From NCBI GenBank assembly GCA_022840695.1, contig JALHDC010000004.1:22907-86906 (forward strand): 64,000 bases of DNA, given 5' to 3'. Shown in pieces: positions 10,075-20,557 of this stretch. The DNA comes from a bacterium (GTDB lineage Bacteria; Patescibacteriota; Dojkabacteria; SC72). Made by a program: the position numbers and the translations under genes. Every line of letters begins with the position of its first letter. Positions within the stretch are counted from its first letter, which is position 1. The notes below the pieces were generated by a model. It had not been told where the DNA came from. It was given only the letters and a program-made list of their open reading frames with translations, and searched no databases.

Positions 10075-10527
10075 TTACTTCTTCCCTGTAGTTCCAAATC
10101 CACCTCTGTCCTTGTTTTCCATTTTTTCAACTTCTTTAACATCTACTCTTGCTACAGGTAGTATTAATATCTGACAACATCTAGTACCTTTTTCAATAGT
10201 TACTTCTTCATTAGTATAATTTAATGCAGGAAACATATATTCATCATTATCTCCACAATAATCATGATCTCCAACTCCTAAACCATTAGCACATGTTATA
10301 CCTAATTTATATGTAGAACTTCTTCCTGCTAATAATACAAAGTATCCTTCAGGTATCTCTATTGCTACATTAAGAGGTATGAGTTTAACTTCTTTAGGTT
10401 GTATAGTAACTGTTTCTCGACTATACATATCTAATGCTACGGCACCATCTGTTTTATACTCTGGTAATGGTATATCTTTATCAAATCTTTTTATCTTTAT
10501 TTTCATAGTATCATTATTACATAACAA
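10075..10527 (-). CDS. dut: dUTP diphosphatase
   Basis: 'GRSSTYKLGI', 'GVGDHDYCGDNDEY', C-terminal 'RGGFGTTG'. Likely start at the internal MKIKIK. Confidence 0.8.
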   Translation of the reverse strand: MLCNNDTMKIKIKRFDKDIPLPEYKTDGAVALDMYSRETVTIQPKEVKLIPLNVAIEIPEGYFVLLAGRSSTYKLGITCANGLGVGDHDYCGDNDEYMFPALNYTNEEVTIEKGTRCCQILILPVARVDVKEVEKMENKDRGGFGTTGKK

Positions 10528-10558
10528 TACCTTTTTTTAAAATCAATTCTAATATAGA

Positions 10559-11083
10559 ATGAGTATTATGAAAAAACCAATATGTATACTTTTTGCAGGA
10601 CCAGTAGGATCATCTAAAAGTCCAATAGCTAATCATCTATCTTGGAATTTAGGATTACCAATATTTAATAGAGATGCTATTAGAACAGAAGTAAGGGAAG
10701 ATACTCTTGTTATAGAAAAGGATCCGGAGATTCTTCATCAAATAACGGAGGAAAGATTGGGGAAACTAGTGAAGAGTCAGAAATCCTTTATTTTAGATAG
10801 TAGTATGGATAGAAAGTATAAGGAAGTTAAGGAAGGACTTGAGGAATATGGTTATGAAAGATTTTTGATTAGTATAGATATATCTAAAGATTTTCTTCTT
10901 AAGTTATATAAGGCAAAAGGGTATATAGAGAGTATAGATTTGGTAGATAGATTTATTGAAGATCATCAAAAGTTTCTAGAAGAATATGGTGAAGAAGTTG
11001 ATATTAGAATAGATGATAATAATTTTCTAGATAGATTGAATATATGTCTAAAAGCTGTAGAAAAATATATTGGGAGTAAATAA
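10559..11083 (+). CDS. P-loop NTPase / small kinase-like protein
   Basis: Walker-A-like 'AGPVGSSKS' near the N-terminus. Confidence 0.4.
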   Translation: MSIMKKPICILFAGPVGSSKSPIANHLSWNLGLPIFNRDAIRTEVREDTLVIEKDPEILHQITEERLGKLVKSQKSFILDSSMDRKYKEVKEGLEEYGYERFLISIDISKDFLLKLYKAKGYIESIDLVDRFIEDHQKFLEEYGEEVDIRIDDNNFLDRLNICLKAVEKYIGSK

Positions 11084-11629
11084 TTACTTCTCTTCTTTCT
11101 TCTTTTTTGTTGTATTCTTTTTCGCGGTTTTCTTTTTAGTAGGAGTCTTTTCTTCAACAGGAGTTGTCTCCTCTTCTTTTACTTCTACTTCCTCAGGTGT
11201 AAGAATTTTTAGTAGTTTATCCAATTTAGCACTGATACTACCTAATTGATCTTTTAATTCCGATATATTTTCATTATTACCTTTGCTACTTGTATTTCTT
11301 CTGGGACTTACCTCATCAAAACATCTACTACAGTATATTGGCTTATCTGGACTTGGTTTAAAAGGTACTTCACAATCCTTTCCACACTCATCACATACTG
11401 CATGGAACATCTCTTTCCTACCTGTATCTCTTCTGTTACTATCTCTTCCTCTATCCGAGCTATTATCATGTCTTTCAAAACAATCACTACAGTATATTGG
11501 CTTATCCCCAGATGGTCTAAAAGGTACTTTACAATCTTTTCCACATTCATCACATACAGCATCATGCATAGTAGGTCTATCAAACCTGTTACTACCTCTT
11601 GATCTGTTATTTCTATCATATCTACCCAT
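11084..11629 (-). CDS. tandem zinc-ribbon protein with a Lys-rich C-terminal tail
   Basis: Two near-identical 'AVCDECGKDC.VPF.PS.DKPIYCS.CF' CxxC-CxxC modules, encoded by a ~158-bp intragenic tandem duplication. Tail 'KKKTAKKNTTKKKKEEK'. Confidence 0.55.
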   Translation of the reverse strand: MGRYDRNNRSRGSNRFDRPTMHDAVCDECGKDCKVPFRPSGDKPIYCSDCFERHDNSSDRGRDSNRRDTGRKEMFHAVCDECGKDCEVPFKPSPDKPIYCSRCFDEVSPRRNTSSKGNNENISELKDQLGSISAKLDKLLKILTPEEVEVKEEETTPVEEKTPTKKKTAKKNTTKKKKEEK

Positions 11630-11727
11630 AATTAATATCTATAAAATATATGTTGCTGTACACTATATGTTTTTAATGCAGAAATAGCAAGGAATATTAC
11701 TAATACAATCTTTTAAAGAAAATCTAT

Positions 11728-12441
11728 TTATCTGACACTTACACTTGCAGGTACAGTACCCTTAAATCTGACACCATCTGATGTAACTACTGCCTCCTGT
11801 ACATTTGTATCATCTGATAATGTTCTTGTTCTCTGTGTTATGTCTTCTAACACTCCTCCCATCGCAGAAGAGATTGTAGAAGGTAATGTGAATCCTGCCA
11901 CTTTAAAATCCTGTACATCTATACTTACAACATTACCTACGATAGATGCTGTACCTTTCGCATACAAAGGTAGTGGATCTGGAATATATTCAAGATAGCT
12001 CTTAGCTTTAGATATATCTTTATCTGTATATCCTAACATCTTGGCAAATGACTCTGCTGTAGCTACAGATATAGAAGATGATGCCTCAACTGTACCATCT
12101 GAATTAATTTTAATTTGTGAATTACTAAAAGGTAGATCACTCCATTCACTCTCCCATGCTGCTATCCAAGAATTAATTTCATTCTGTGTAAATGTATGCT
12201 CTATATCTATGCCTCCTTCAAATACCAATTCTCCACTCTTAGGAGTTTCTCCCTTAAGATTATTCACATATCCTATTTCATCATAGTATGAATATATTTC
12301 ATCTGGAGTCTGTGCTACATCTAACTCTACCTGTTTAAATATCAAGGAAGAAAGTGCAGGGATCTTTCCCATAAAGGTTAAAACACCAACTCCAACCAAT
12401 ACTACCACAAGTATAGTTATTATTAAGAATATCTTTCTCAT
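11728..12441 (-). CDS. hypothetical membrane-anchored/secreted protein
   Basis: N-terminal TM. No recognisable domain. Confidence 0.4.
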   Translation of the reverse strand: MRKIFLIITILVVVLVGVGVLTFMGKIPALSSLIFKQVELDVAQTPDEIYSYYDEIGYVNNLKGETPKSGELVFEGGIDIEHTFTQNEINSWIAAWESEWSDLPFSNSQIKINSDGTVEASSSISVATAESFAKMLGYTDKDISKAKSYLEYIPDPLPLYAKGTASIVGNVVSIDVQDFKVAGFTLPSTISSAMGGVLEDITQRTRTLSDDTNVQEAVVTSDGVRFKGTVPASVSVR

Positions 12442-12515
12442 AATATATGTTTAAAAAGTAATATACATAAATATATATTGAGGGCTTAGCAATGTAAATA
12501 GATGGATATGTATGG

Positions 12516-14018
12516 TTAAGTTATTCCAACTCTATCAATATACTCCTCCTTGTAATATCCAAAATACTCCTCTGGCATTAGTATTACTTTATCTATACCC
12601 AAATTCTTTACAAAATTAGGCTCATGACTCACTAAAAGAATAGTACCTTTGTATTCCTGTAGAGCATTTAAAAGTACACTCTGTGAATCTGGATCTAAAT
12701 ATGTGGTTGGCTCATCCAAAAGTAGTACATTATGTCCACCTGCAAACAGCTTAGCTAAAGCTAATCTTGTTTTCTCCCCTCCAGAAAGAGTTCTAACCTT
12801 TTGATCTATCATATCTCCAGTTAGAAGGAATCTTCCTAAGAATTTTCGCTTATCTATACTGCCCCAATCTAATTTGTATATATTTTCCCAAACGGTTTTT
12901 GAATAATCTAAATCTTCATTCTCTTGAGAGTAGTATCCTACATTAGTATTAAATCCCCATTTATATGATCCGGTAGTAGGTTCTAATCTCTCTGCTAATA
13001 TCTTTAGAAGTGTAGTTTTTCCCACACCATTTTTACCAATAATTGCAACTCTCTCATACCTCTCAACTTCAAAAGAGATGTCTCTAAGAACTGGAATATT
13101 CTTTACATACTCTTTTGATATATTCTTAACTTCTAATACCAATTTATTACTCTGTTGAGGGACTGGTATAGAGACTTGCATCTTTTTTCCTTTCCTTGTT
13201 CTCATTTCCAATTCTTTTACATTCTCTTTAAGTTCCTTGGCTTGCTCAAATCTTCTTGCTGCTCTCCTTTTCTCTTTAATACTTTTTCTTCCAGAAAGAG
13301 TTTGAGCTAATTGAAACATTTTTTTAGCTTTTCTTTCTTCGCTTAATAGTTGTTTAAACAGAAATTCATCTCTTAACTCCTTTACTTTCATAAATTGTTC
13401 ATAATTGCCTCTGTATACCTCAACTTTATGATCCCTTTCATTTAAATACCAAATTTTTGTAATTCCCTTATTCATTAATCTGAGATCATGGGAGACTACA
13501 AGTACTGCTTTTGGATATGTAATGAGATATCTCATCAACCATTCAGCGGAGGGTATGTCTAGGAAGTTAGTAGGTTCATCTAGTATTAGTAGGTCTGACT
13601 TTTCTAAGAGAATTCTAATAATCTCTATCTTAATTTTCTGTCCACCAGATAGTTCACTTAATTTAGAATCACAATCCTTATCACTCATTTTTAAGTGATT
13701 TAACAGTTTCTTTATCTCCCATTCTTCAGAATCTATACCTTTTTGAACAATGATATATTCTCCAATGGTTAAGTTAGAAAAATTATCTATATCCATTTGA
13801 TTATGTGTTTCTTGGGCAATGTATGATACTGATCCTTTTATCTGTATATCTCCATAATCTGGTTCTTCTAATCCTGCTATGAGTTTGAGTAGGGTAGTTT
13901 TTCCAGCACCATTTACTCCTACCAATCCTACCTTGTCAGTAGAATATAATGTAAGAGTAATATTATTTAATATTTCTTTGTTCCCTCTTTTAAGAGTTAT
14001 ATTCTCTATATTTAGCAT
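12516..14018 (-). CDS. ABC-F family ATPase (two ABC domains, EttA/Uup-like)
   Basis: Two Walker A motifs (GVNGAGKTT, GKNGVGKTT), two signature motifs (LSGGQK, LSGGEK), inter-domain linker. No TM domain. Confidence 0.85.
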   Translation of the reverse strand: MLNIENITLKRGNKEILNNITLTLYSTDKVGLVGVNGAGKTTLLKLIAGLEEPDYGDIQIKGSVSYIAQETHNQMDIDNFSNLTIGEYIIVQKGIDSEEWEIKKLLNHLKMSDKDCDSKLSELSGGQKIKIEIIRILLEKSDLLILDEPTNFLDIPSAEWLMRYLITYPKAVLVVSHDLRLMNKGITKIWYLNERDHKVEVYRGNYEQFMKVKELRDEFLFKQLLSEERKAKKMFQLAQTLSGRKSIKEKRRAARRFEQAKELKENVKELEMRTRKGKKMQVSIPVPQQSNKLVLEVKNISKEYVKNIPVLRDISFEVERYERVAIIGKNGVGKTTLLKILAERLEPTTGSYKWGFNTNVGYYSQENEDLDYSKTVWENIYKLDWGSIDKRKFLGRFLLTGDMIDQKVRTLSGGEKTRLALAKLFAGGHNVLLLDEPTTYLDPDSQSVLLNALQEYKGTILLVSHEPNFVKNLGIDKVILMPEEYFGYYKEEYIDRVGIT

Positions 14019-14114
14019 AGATGCAATTATATCAATATTTTAGTATTAGTACTGATAGAAATGAGTAAAAAGTATTTACAAAGGTTTTTTGATTTGTTAA
14101 TCTAAATTTAGTAT

Positions 14115-16748
14115 ATGAAAAAACCTGTCTATATCGTTACATTTCTTCTAACTATAGTATGTTTTTTTCTTTTTTCTTTCCCACTCAAAGTAGATGCTTT
14201 TTCAGGAACAGGAAGTGGTACTGATATAGATCCATATGTCATTATGACATGTGAGCAACTTCAAGAGATTCAGGATGATGCTACTGGATATTATGTGTTA
14301 GGGCAGAATATAGATTGTTCTGATACTATTAATTGGAATAGTGGTTTGGGATTTCTTCCTATAGGGGGAGGACAGGATTTCTGGGGAATTTTAGATGGAA
14401 TGGGATTTACAATATATGATCTATATATTAATAGACCAGAAGATTATAGTGTTGGGCTTTTTCATACAATCGAAGGAGGAATAGTTGGGAGCTTAACTCT
14501 TGAAAGGGCATATATTAGAGGTTATTCCAAAGTTGGTGCATTAGTTTCTAACTCTGCTGGGGGTGAATACTACTATGTTAATGTTGTGGATTCATCTGTT
14601 GTAGCTGCTGGGTACTCAGATTCAAAGGTTGGTGGTTTGGTTGGATATAGTGAGGATGAATTAATTTTGGAAGGATGTACTTTTGAAGGTACAGTTACTG
14701 GAGAAAATATTGTAGGAGGGATAATTGGTCATCTTTACGGATCAGGAGAGATTACCGATTCAATCAATTATGGAGCTATTAGTGGAAAATCTGAAGTAGG
14801 TGGGTTAGTAGGGTATGCAGAAGAGGGTGTGTCTGTTACAAATTCACATAATACTGGAGAAATATCTGGTTATAGGAGGGTGGGTGGTATAGTTGGCTAC
14901 TCTTATGGGAATACAACCATAACAAGTTCTTACAATTTAGGAATTATAAATGGGTACTATAGAGTAGGAGGACTAGTGGGATCTGTAGAAAATCAAGTAA
15001 TAATTGGAGAATCATATAACGAGGGTAATATAGTATCTCTTTTTGAAGAGTATAATTCAGATCAAATACCTTTATATGATAGTGAATATATATGTATAGG
15101 AGGATTGGTTGGTGCTGCATGGAATTCCACTATTACCGAATCTTTCAATGAAGGAGATTTACAAGCTATTGGGGGTTCAAGAAGTATTGGTGGATTATTA
15201 GGTTGTGGAGGACTATTAAGTATTGAAAAATCATATAACTTAGGAAATATCACTGCACAAGTAATTCTTTCTAATGGAGATTTTGATGGTATAGGGGGAT
15301 TAGTGGGATTAGGTATTAATTCTAGTATAAAGAATTCATACAATAAGGGCTCTTTTACTATGTCCTCGTGGGATTCCACCCTTCAGGATCTTGAAAATAT
15401 AAATGATGCTCCTAGCCTTGGTGGTTTAGGAGGTTTGTTAGTAGTTTCAAATATAGAAAATTCATATAGTAGCAGTAATATGGATTTGGATGATATAGGT
15501 TCTAGTGGTGTAGGTGTGGCTGTTGGTGGGATCATAGGAAGGCTTTTAATGGATAGTTTAGTATTATCGGATATTGTAAATTTCATAGGTAAGGATTTTG
15601 TCGCTAAAACTACTGAGTTCTTTTTAAAGATAGCAAATAGTTTTGCTAATATGGTATTGCAAAACTATAGCAGTAGCTATGAAAACATAAAGATAGGAGG
15701 ATTAATAGGAATTTTGAATATAGAGAGTTGTGAAGGAGAGGATTGTGCATTGGGTTTGGCTGTTTTAAATAATACCTGGTGGTCAAATGGTGTAGATAAG
15801 GGTATTGGTGAGGTAAATTATGAGGGTGATGCATCTTTTTATCAGCAAAATCAAGCCACTGATTCTTTTGAGAAAGTAAGTAATATGGATATATTTAAGA
15901 CATATTCACATAAGGTATATAATACAGATCCTGATTGGGATTTTGATACCATATGGAGTAATGTATACGATGGAAAAGGATATCCTGTATTAGGTATACA
16001 AAATTTAGTTATGCCGTCTGCACCGGTCTCTAATGTAGCTTCAGGTACATATTCTACTGGTTTTAATGTATCTCTTTCTTCAGCAGGAAGTAGTAGTATT
16101 AGGTATACAGTTAATGGATCAGTACCTACATGTAGTACGGGTACAGTATACACAACTGCTATTTCAGTATCTGTTACATCTGTAATTAGAGCGATTGGGT
16201 GTGTGGATGATGTTTCATCTTCTCTTTCTGAATTTACATATGTAATAGTTCAACCTCAAACAGAAACCCCTACACCTCCTGTTATAGATACAACACCATC
16301 TTTAACAACAGTAATAACGAGAAGGAATGTTATATATACATATATTCCTCCATTAGAGGAGGAAGTGGAGGAGGATGAGGTAGAGGAGATTGTGGTAGAA
16401 GAGAAGGATGAAGAGGAAAGTTTCGGGTATAGGATAAGGATAGTTGATAATAAGGGAAATGTATTAGCTGGTGCGAAGGTAATTATTGAGGGTAGAGAGT
16501 ATTTAACTGATGAGAATGGAGAAGTTGTAATTCAGGATTTTGAAGAGGGTGAGTATATAATAAAGGTTATATATGATGGAAAGGAATATGAGGAGAGTAT
16601 GATATTGGGAGAGGATGATAAGGTACAGGAAATAATTGTAGAGGATAGTAAAAAATTCCCTTGGTGGGTAGTGATAGTTTTAAGCTCAGTGATAGTATTA
16701 GCTTTTGTGTATAAAGGTATTAATAAATCAGAGGATCAATATAGTTAA
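14115..16748 (+). CDS. large secreted GLUG-repeat surface protein with a C-terminal CarbopepD_reg-like domain and TM anchor
   Basis: Signal peptide. More than eight 'VGGLVG.....G.I.NSYN.G.I.G' GLUG-like repeats. Acidic stretch EEEVEEDEVEE. Terminal TM helix. Confidence 0.6.
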   Translation: MKKPVYIVTFLLTIVCFFLFSFPLKVDAFSGTGSGTDIDPYVIMTCEQLQEIQDDATGYYVLGQNIDCSDTINWNSGLGFLPIGGGQDFWGILDGMGFTIYDLYINRPEDYSVGLFHTIEGGIVGSLTLERAYIRGYSKVGALVSNSAGGEYYYVNVVDSSVVAAGYSDSKVGGLVGYSEDELILEGCTFEGTVTGENIVGGIIGHLYGSGEITDSINYGAISGKSEVGGLVGYAEEGVSVTNSHNTGEISGYRRVGGIVGYSYGNTTITSSYNLGIINGYYRVGGLVGSVENQVIIGESYNEGNIVSLFEEYNSDQIPLYDSEYICIGGLVGAAWNSTITESFNEGDLQAIGGSRSIGGLLGCGGLLSIEKSYNLGNITAQVILSNGDFDGIGGLVGLGINSSIKNSYNKGSFTMSSWDSTLQDLENINDAPSLGGLGGLLVVSNIENSYSSSNMDLDDIGSSGVGVAVGGIIGRLLMDSLVLSDIVNFIGKDFVAKTTEFFLKIANSFANMVLQNYSSSYENIKIGGLIGILNIESCEGEDCALGLAVLNNTWWSNGVDKGIGEVNYEGDASFYQQNQATDSFEKVSNMDIFKTYSHKVYNTDPDWDFDTIWSNVYDGKGYPVLGIQNLVMPSAPVSNVASGTYSTGFNVSLSSAGSSSIRYTVNGSVPTCSTGTVYTTAISVSVTSVIRAIGCVDDVSSSLSEFTYVIVQPQTETPTPPVIDTTPSLTTVITRRNVIYTYIPPLEEEVEEDEVEEIVVEEKDEEESFGYRIRIVDNKGNVLAGAKVIIEGREYLTDENGEVVIQDFEEGEYIIKVIYDGKEYEESMILGEDDKVQEIIVEDSKKFPWWVVIVLSSVIVLAFVYKGINKSEDQYS

Positions 16749-16802
16749 AGTAGTTTTTTGTTTCCTAGAAGTTCTTTTCATTTAATATAATTTTTATACA
16801 AT

Positions 16803-17684
16803 ATGGATATAGTTAAAAGATTTAATGAGATTTTTTCAAATAGAAAACTCTTTATAAAAATAATATTGGTAATATCAGTATTCCTTATAACCCTTCTATT
16901 GATTCTCAAAGGTTTTAGTCTATGGATCGGTATTTTAATTTTTCTTTGGATTGCACTTACTGTAGTTAATTTCACAAAACTATATACTATACTCTCCTCC
17001 TTTATATGGTTAATATTTTTTTCTATTCTACTTATACTCTCCATTTCATTCTTCTTTATTAATACCAACTCAAAAGATAGTACAAGCAATGTTCCGAAAT
17101 TAACACCAGAGGAATGTAAACCGTATGCAGAGCAATATGATGGAAAGGTTCTTAATATATCTGGAGAGAATTTAATAGGGAGTATTGGTATTAGTATGGA
17201 TCCAGAGGAGTGTAAACTTATTGGTAGATATATAATTACATTTACAACTGATCTTCCTGAAAATCCTGAAGAAAGAATAGTAGGTGGTTATCCATATAAC
17301 TATATAGTTTTGTTAAGAGAGTCATCAAATGCAGAAAGAAAATATTCGGGTAGTGGAGTGTTAAGTGTGGTTAGAAGGAATGGTATGTCTCTTCCTGACG
17401 CTTTTGCTGATAGTATTTCTATATCAGAGTATTATGTAGAACCTGGTACATATTATGATGGAGAATCTATAAATTTCTATTGGACTTATGAAATAAATAC
17501 CAATTTTAGTGAGGAGAGGTATGAGAAAATTTTTAAAGAAGTATATTTTGATATAGTAGATGGATTACCTTTTATAGAGGTTACAGATGAGGGAGATGGA
17601 TTTACATCATCATCTATTAATCATGATAGGGCAGAAGTAGAGGGAGATATAGTTAAGTCATTTAAGTTAACTATATCGGAGTAG
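16803..17684 (+). CDS. hypothetical multi-TM membrane protein with an extracytoplasmic C-terminal domain
   Basis: Three N-terminal hydrophobic helices. Confidence 0.4.
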   Translation: MDIVKRFNEIFSNRKLFIKIILVISVFLITLLLILKGFSLWIGILIFLWIALTVVNFTKLYTILSSFIWLIFFSILLILSISFFFINTNSKDSTSNVPKLTPEECKPYAEQYDGKVLNISGENLIGSIGISMDPEECKLIGRYIITFTTDLPENPEERIVGGYPYNYIVLLRESSNAERKYSGSGVLSVVRRNGMSLPDAFADSISISEYYVEPGTYYDGESINFYWTYEINTNFSEERYEKIFKEVYFDIVDGLPFIEVTDEGDGFTSSSINHDRAEVEGDIVKSFKLTISE

Positions 17685-17772
17685 GGGGAATGATCTGTGG
17701 TAGTTATTTATGTATAAAATATTTGGATAGCTAATATCAATTATTCGTGTAGAAAAATATGTTCAACTAAGT

Positions 17773-18438
17773 GTGGATAGTTGTATCTGTTATAATATTT
17801 TTATGTCCAACATATACAACATAAATACAATAAAATCAGACAATAAAAAGATACAAGATTTCTATGATAGAGCTATGAAAGAATTAATACAGTTCTATGG
17901 TATTAATTGGATAGATAATACTCCTGTTATATATGTAGTAGGTAGTAGAAAGGACTTTAATATTATGGCTGGATATGATACAGAGGATTGGGAAGTAGGT
18001 AAGGCATATGATGATAATAAGTTACTTTTGTTCTCTCCTGATAGTTATGAAAAAGAGAGTACACATAAATATTCTGATAATGAATATTATTCCTTAATTA
18101 AGCATGAGTTAAGTCATCTGTTCTTCAATATATTTTCTACGAGTGGAGAACCTGCATGGTTAAATGAGGGTTTCGCTATATATACATCAGGTCAGTCAAG
18201 TAAAAAGGAAAGACCTAAGGAATATAGAAATTTTCTTAAATATTATTCTACTGAAGATAAATATGTATATTCTGAGTCAGGGTTTGTAGTAGAGGGGTTA
18301 ATAAAGAAATATGGTAAGGATAGGGTAGTTGGTTTTTTAAAGAGGTTGTGTGATGTAAATAGTGAGGATAGTTTTAAAAAAGAATTTGAAGAGTATTTTG
18401 GTATAGAATTGGGGTATGGGAGTATTAATGGGTTGTAA
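17773..18438 (+). CDS. hypothetical putative Zn-metallopeptidase-like protein (HELSH ... NEGFAIY)
   Basis: HExxH followed ~18 aa later by a Glu (gluzincin-like spacing). Confidence 0.4.
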   Translation: MDSCICYNIFMSNIYNINTIKSDNKKIQDFYDRAMKELIQFYGINWIDNTPVIYVVGSRKDFNIMAGYDTEDWEVGKAYDDNKLLLFSPDSYEKESTHKYSDNEYYSLIKHELSHLFFNIFSTSGEPAWLNEGFAIYTSGQSSKKERPKEYRNFLKYYSTEDKYVYSESGFVVEGLIKKYGKDRVVGFLKRLCDVNSEDSFKKEFEEYFGIELGYGSINGL

Positions 18439-18440
18439 TT

Positions 18441-18671
18441 TTATTTTTTAGAACAGTCCTCTACATCTATAAGTAGTTCGTCTTTCTTTTTCTCTGAAGT
18501 AAATCTGTATAACTTGTCATCTGTTTGTTTCTCTTCATATCCCAGAGAATCTAGTATAAGAGCTACCTTATTTATTTTTTCTTTGTCTAGTTTAGAGATC
18601 TTTTTAAAAGCTTTTATATTTATATCTATTTCATATATTTTTTTATTATCTTTGTAATGAGTAAATTGCAT
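18441..18671 (-). CDS. small hypothetical protein
   Basis: ORF only. Confidence 0.3.
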   Translation of the reverse strand: MQFTHYKDNKKIYEIDINIKAFKKISKLDKEKINKVALILDSLGYEEKQTDDKLYRFTSEKKKDELLIDVEDCSKK

Positions 18672-18702
18672 AGTATGAAAATTCTGAAATAAAATAATTT
18701 TT

Positions 18703-18743
18703 GAGGAGGAAAGACTATACTAAGATTTTGTTCTTTCCTCCTC
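18703..18743 (-). terminator. rho-independent terminator (12-bp stem GAGGAGGAAAGA / TCTTTCCTCCTC) downstream of the 67-aa gene
   Basis: Perfect inverted repeat followed by a T-run on the minus strand. Confidence 0.55.
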
Positions 18744-18771
18744 GCTCTGGGGGTTAAAGGATTGGTGTGTT

Positions 18772-18975
18772 TTAATTGGTATTTGAATGGAAGTTAGAGT
18801 CGTTTCCTTTGGAATCTGTATCCCAGGACATTCTTGAACTTCCGCGATCGGTGGTTACGGATTCTGTAGTATGTTTGGATCCATCATCATGAGTTACCTC
18901 ATGTAGGTCTCTGCGGACAGGTCCTCCAGAGACTTCACTCCCTTGGGAGTCATTTCTCCATCTTTTATCGCTCAT
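18772..18975 (-). CDS. small, very hydrophilic Asp/Ser/Thr/His/Gly-rich protein (stress-protein-like), in a GC-rich island relative to its surroundings
   Basis: Strong Shine-Dalgarno AGGAGG 5 nt upstream of the ATG. Local GC is clearly higher than flanking AT-rich DNA. Terminator hairpin downstream. Confidence 0.5.
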   Translation of the reverse strand: MSDKRWRNDSQGSEVSGGPVRRDLHEVTHDDGSKHTTESVTTDRGSSRMSWDTDSKGNDSNFHSNTN

Positions 18976-19270
18976 TTGAGCCTCCTGTTCTAATGGTCCC
19001 TTAACCTTTAAAAGAGCTATATATTATACAATGATGAGTAAAATCTTGAAAGAATACCTAGCTTTTTGAAAGAATGTGAATTTTCATATTTTAAAATCCG
19101 ATTTTCTTAAATCTCTTTCCCTAATACTTAATCCTAAGCAACATCATAGGTATAGGACATATATATAATTTTCTTTTTTCTTTATCTATATATATCCCTA
19201 TCCATATATCATACCAAGCAAATGATATTCTAATATTACCGGTTTCTAATATTTTATAATCTTTCATATA

Positions 19271-19840
19271 TTAATTTGTATACTTTAATTCCCTCATCTT
19301 CCTAATTCCCTTATCATATACATATTGCATATATGGCTCTATAGATATTTCAACCATTTTCTCTATTGGTACCCATTTAACATCATTATTCTCTCCTTCC
19401 CTAATATGTAAACTCTCTCTCTCATCTCCTTCTAGTAGGAAGGCTACAGTCAGATGTACATGTGCAGGTACATACTTACCATTCTTAGTATGTCCATATA
19501 CAGGTAGTGTATCTAAGGTAAGTATATCTTTAGATATTGGTACTATATTGTTTAATCCTGATTCTTCCTTAGCTTCCTTTATAGCAACACCTAATAGATC
19601 AGTATCTCCATCTACATGCCCTCCTAACCATCCCCAAGAGTTATATATATTATGATGATGATTCACTATCTTTGTTCTCTCTTTATTCAATACAAAAGCA
19701 GAGGAACATAGATGTCCATATTCATTATTCCTTGTTAGACAATCATCAAAGGAATTTAGATACTTAAGAAAAATTTCTTTATCTTTTACCTCTTGTTCGT
19801 TATATGGTTGATAATTTTGTATCTGAGAAAGGATATCCAT
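19271..19840 (-). CDS. Nudix hydrolase
   Basis: Nudix box 'GGHVDGDTDLLGVAIKEAKEESGL'. Confidence 0.7.
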   Translation of the reverse strand: MDILSQIQNYQPYNEQEVKDKEIFLKYLNSFDDCLTRNNEYGHLCSSAFVLNKERTKIVNHHHNIYNSWGWLGGHVDGDTDLLGVAIKEAKEESGLNNIVPISKDILTLDTLPVYGHTKNGKYVPAHVHLTVAFLLEGDERESLHIREGENNDVKWVPIEKMVEISIEPYMQYVYDKGIRKMRELKYTN

Positions 19841-19967
19841 AATCTAAGATAATTCTATATATTACTCCATCAAATGGCAATGTATATGATGTTTTTTGAT
19901 TCCATTAGCTGGCTAATATACATTATATTGTAATATAATACACCATTAATATATTAATACTAACCAT

Positions 19968-20534
19968 ATGCCATTTGAAAATAACATAGAGCAGGGAATA
20001 CAATCTACTGAAATATTAACAGTGGAAGACTTTAAAGATTTAAATCTCCCTGAAGTATTACAACCATACACAGGTATAGGAGCTACATCATTTGCAGAAT
20101 ATGATAAAAAGTCTGATCCTAATAATTGGAAAAACCAAGATACTCAGAAAAGAGAATATCTAGAAAGTTTAGGTATACATACTCCAGAGGAATGGTTGAT
20201 AAAGGAGGAAGGAACAGGTGAAATGAAAATAGAACAGGATAAAAGAGCTCTCTTTGTCACTATGTTCATACTAACAGGACACATATTAGCTACAGAGGAT
20301 ATTAGAAGAGTAGGTGGAAATATAGAGGATTTCCAAGAGGTATTAGATGATAGAAATGCACAGATAATGGAACATAGATTAGATAAATATGGAATGAGAA
20401 GAGTATTAGAAGATGGTAGTACAGTAGAGAGTCATTATGAAAAATTAAAACTTTCTGCAAATCCTGAAAAAAGAGTATCTATGGAAGAGTTAATAAATAT
20501 TAAACAGTATATATTTGAACAGTTAAAGAAATAG
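19968..20534 (+). CDS. hypothetical protein
   Basis: ORF only. Confidence 0.35.
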   Translation: MPFENNIEQGIQSTEILTVEDFKDLNLPEVLQPYTGIGATSFAEYDKKSDPNNWKNQDTQKREYLESLGIHTPEEWLIKEEGTGEMKIEQDKRALFVTMFILTGHILATEDIRRVGGNIEDFQEVLDDRNAQIMEHRLDKYGMRRVLEDGSTVESHYEKLKLSANPEKRVSMEELINIKQYIFEQLKK

Positions 20535-20557
20535 TTTCTAAATTAACCAATAAATAC

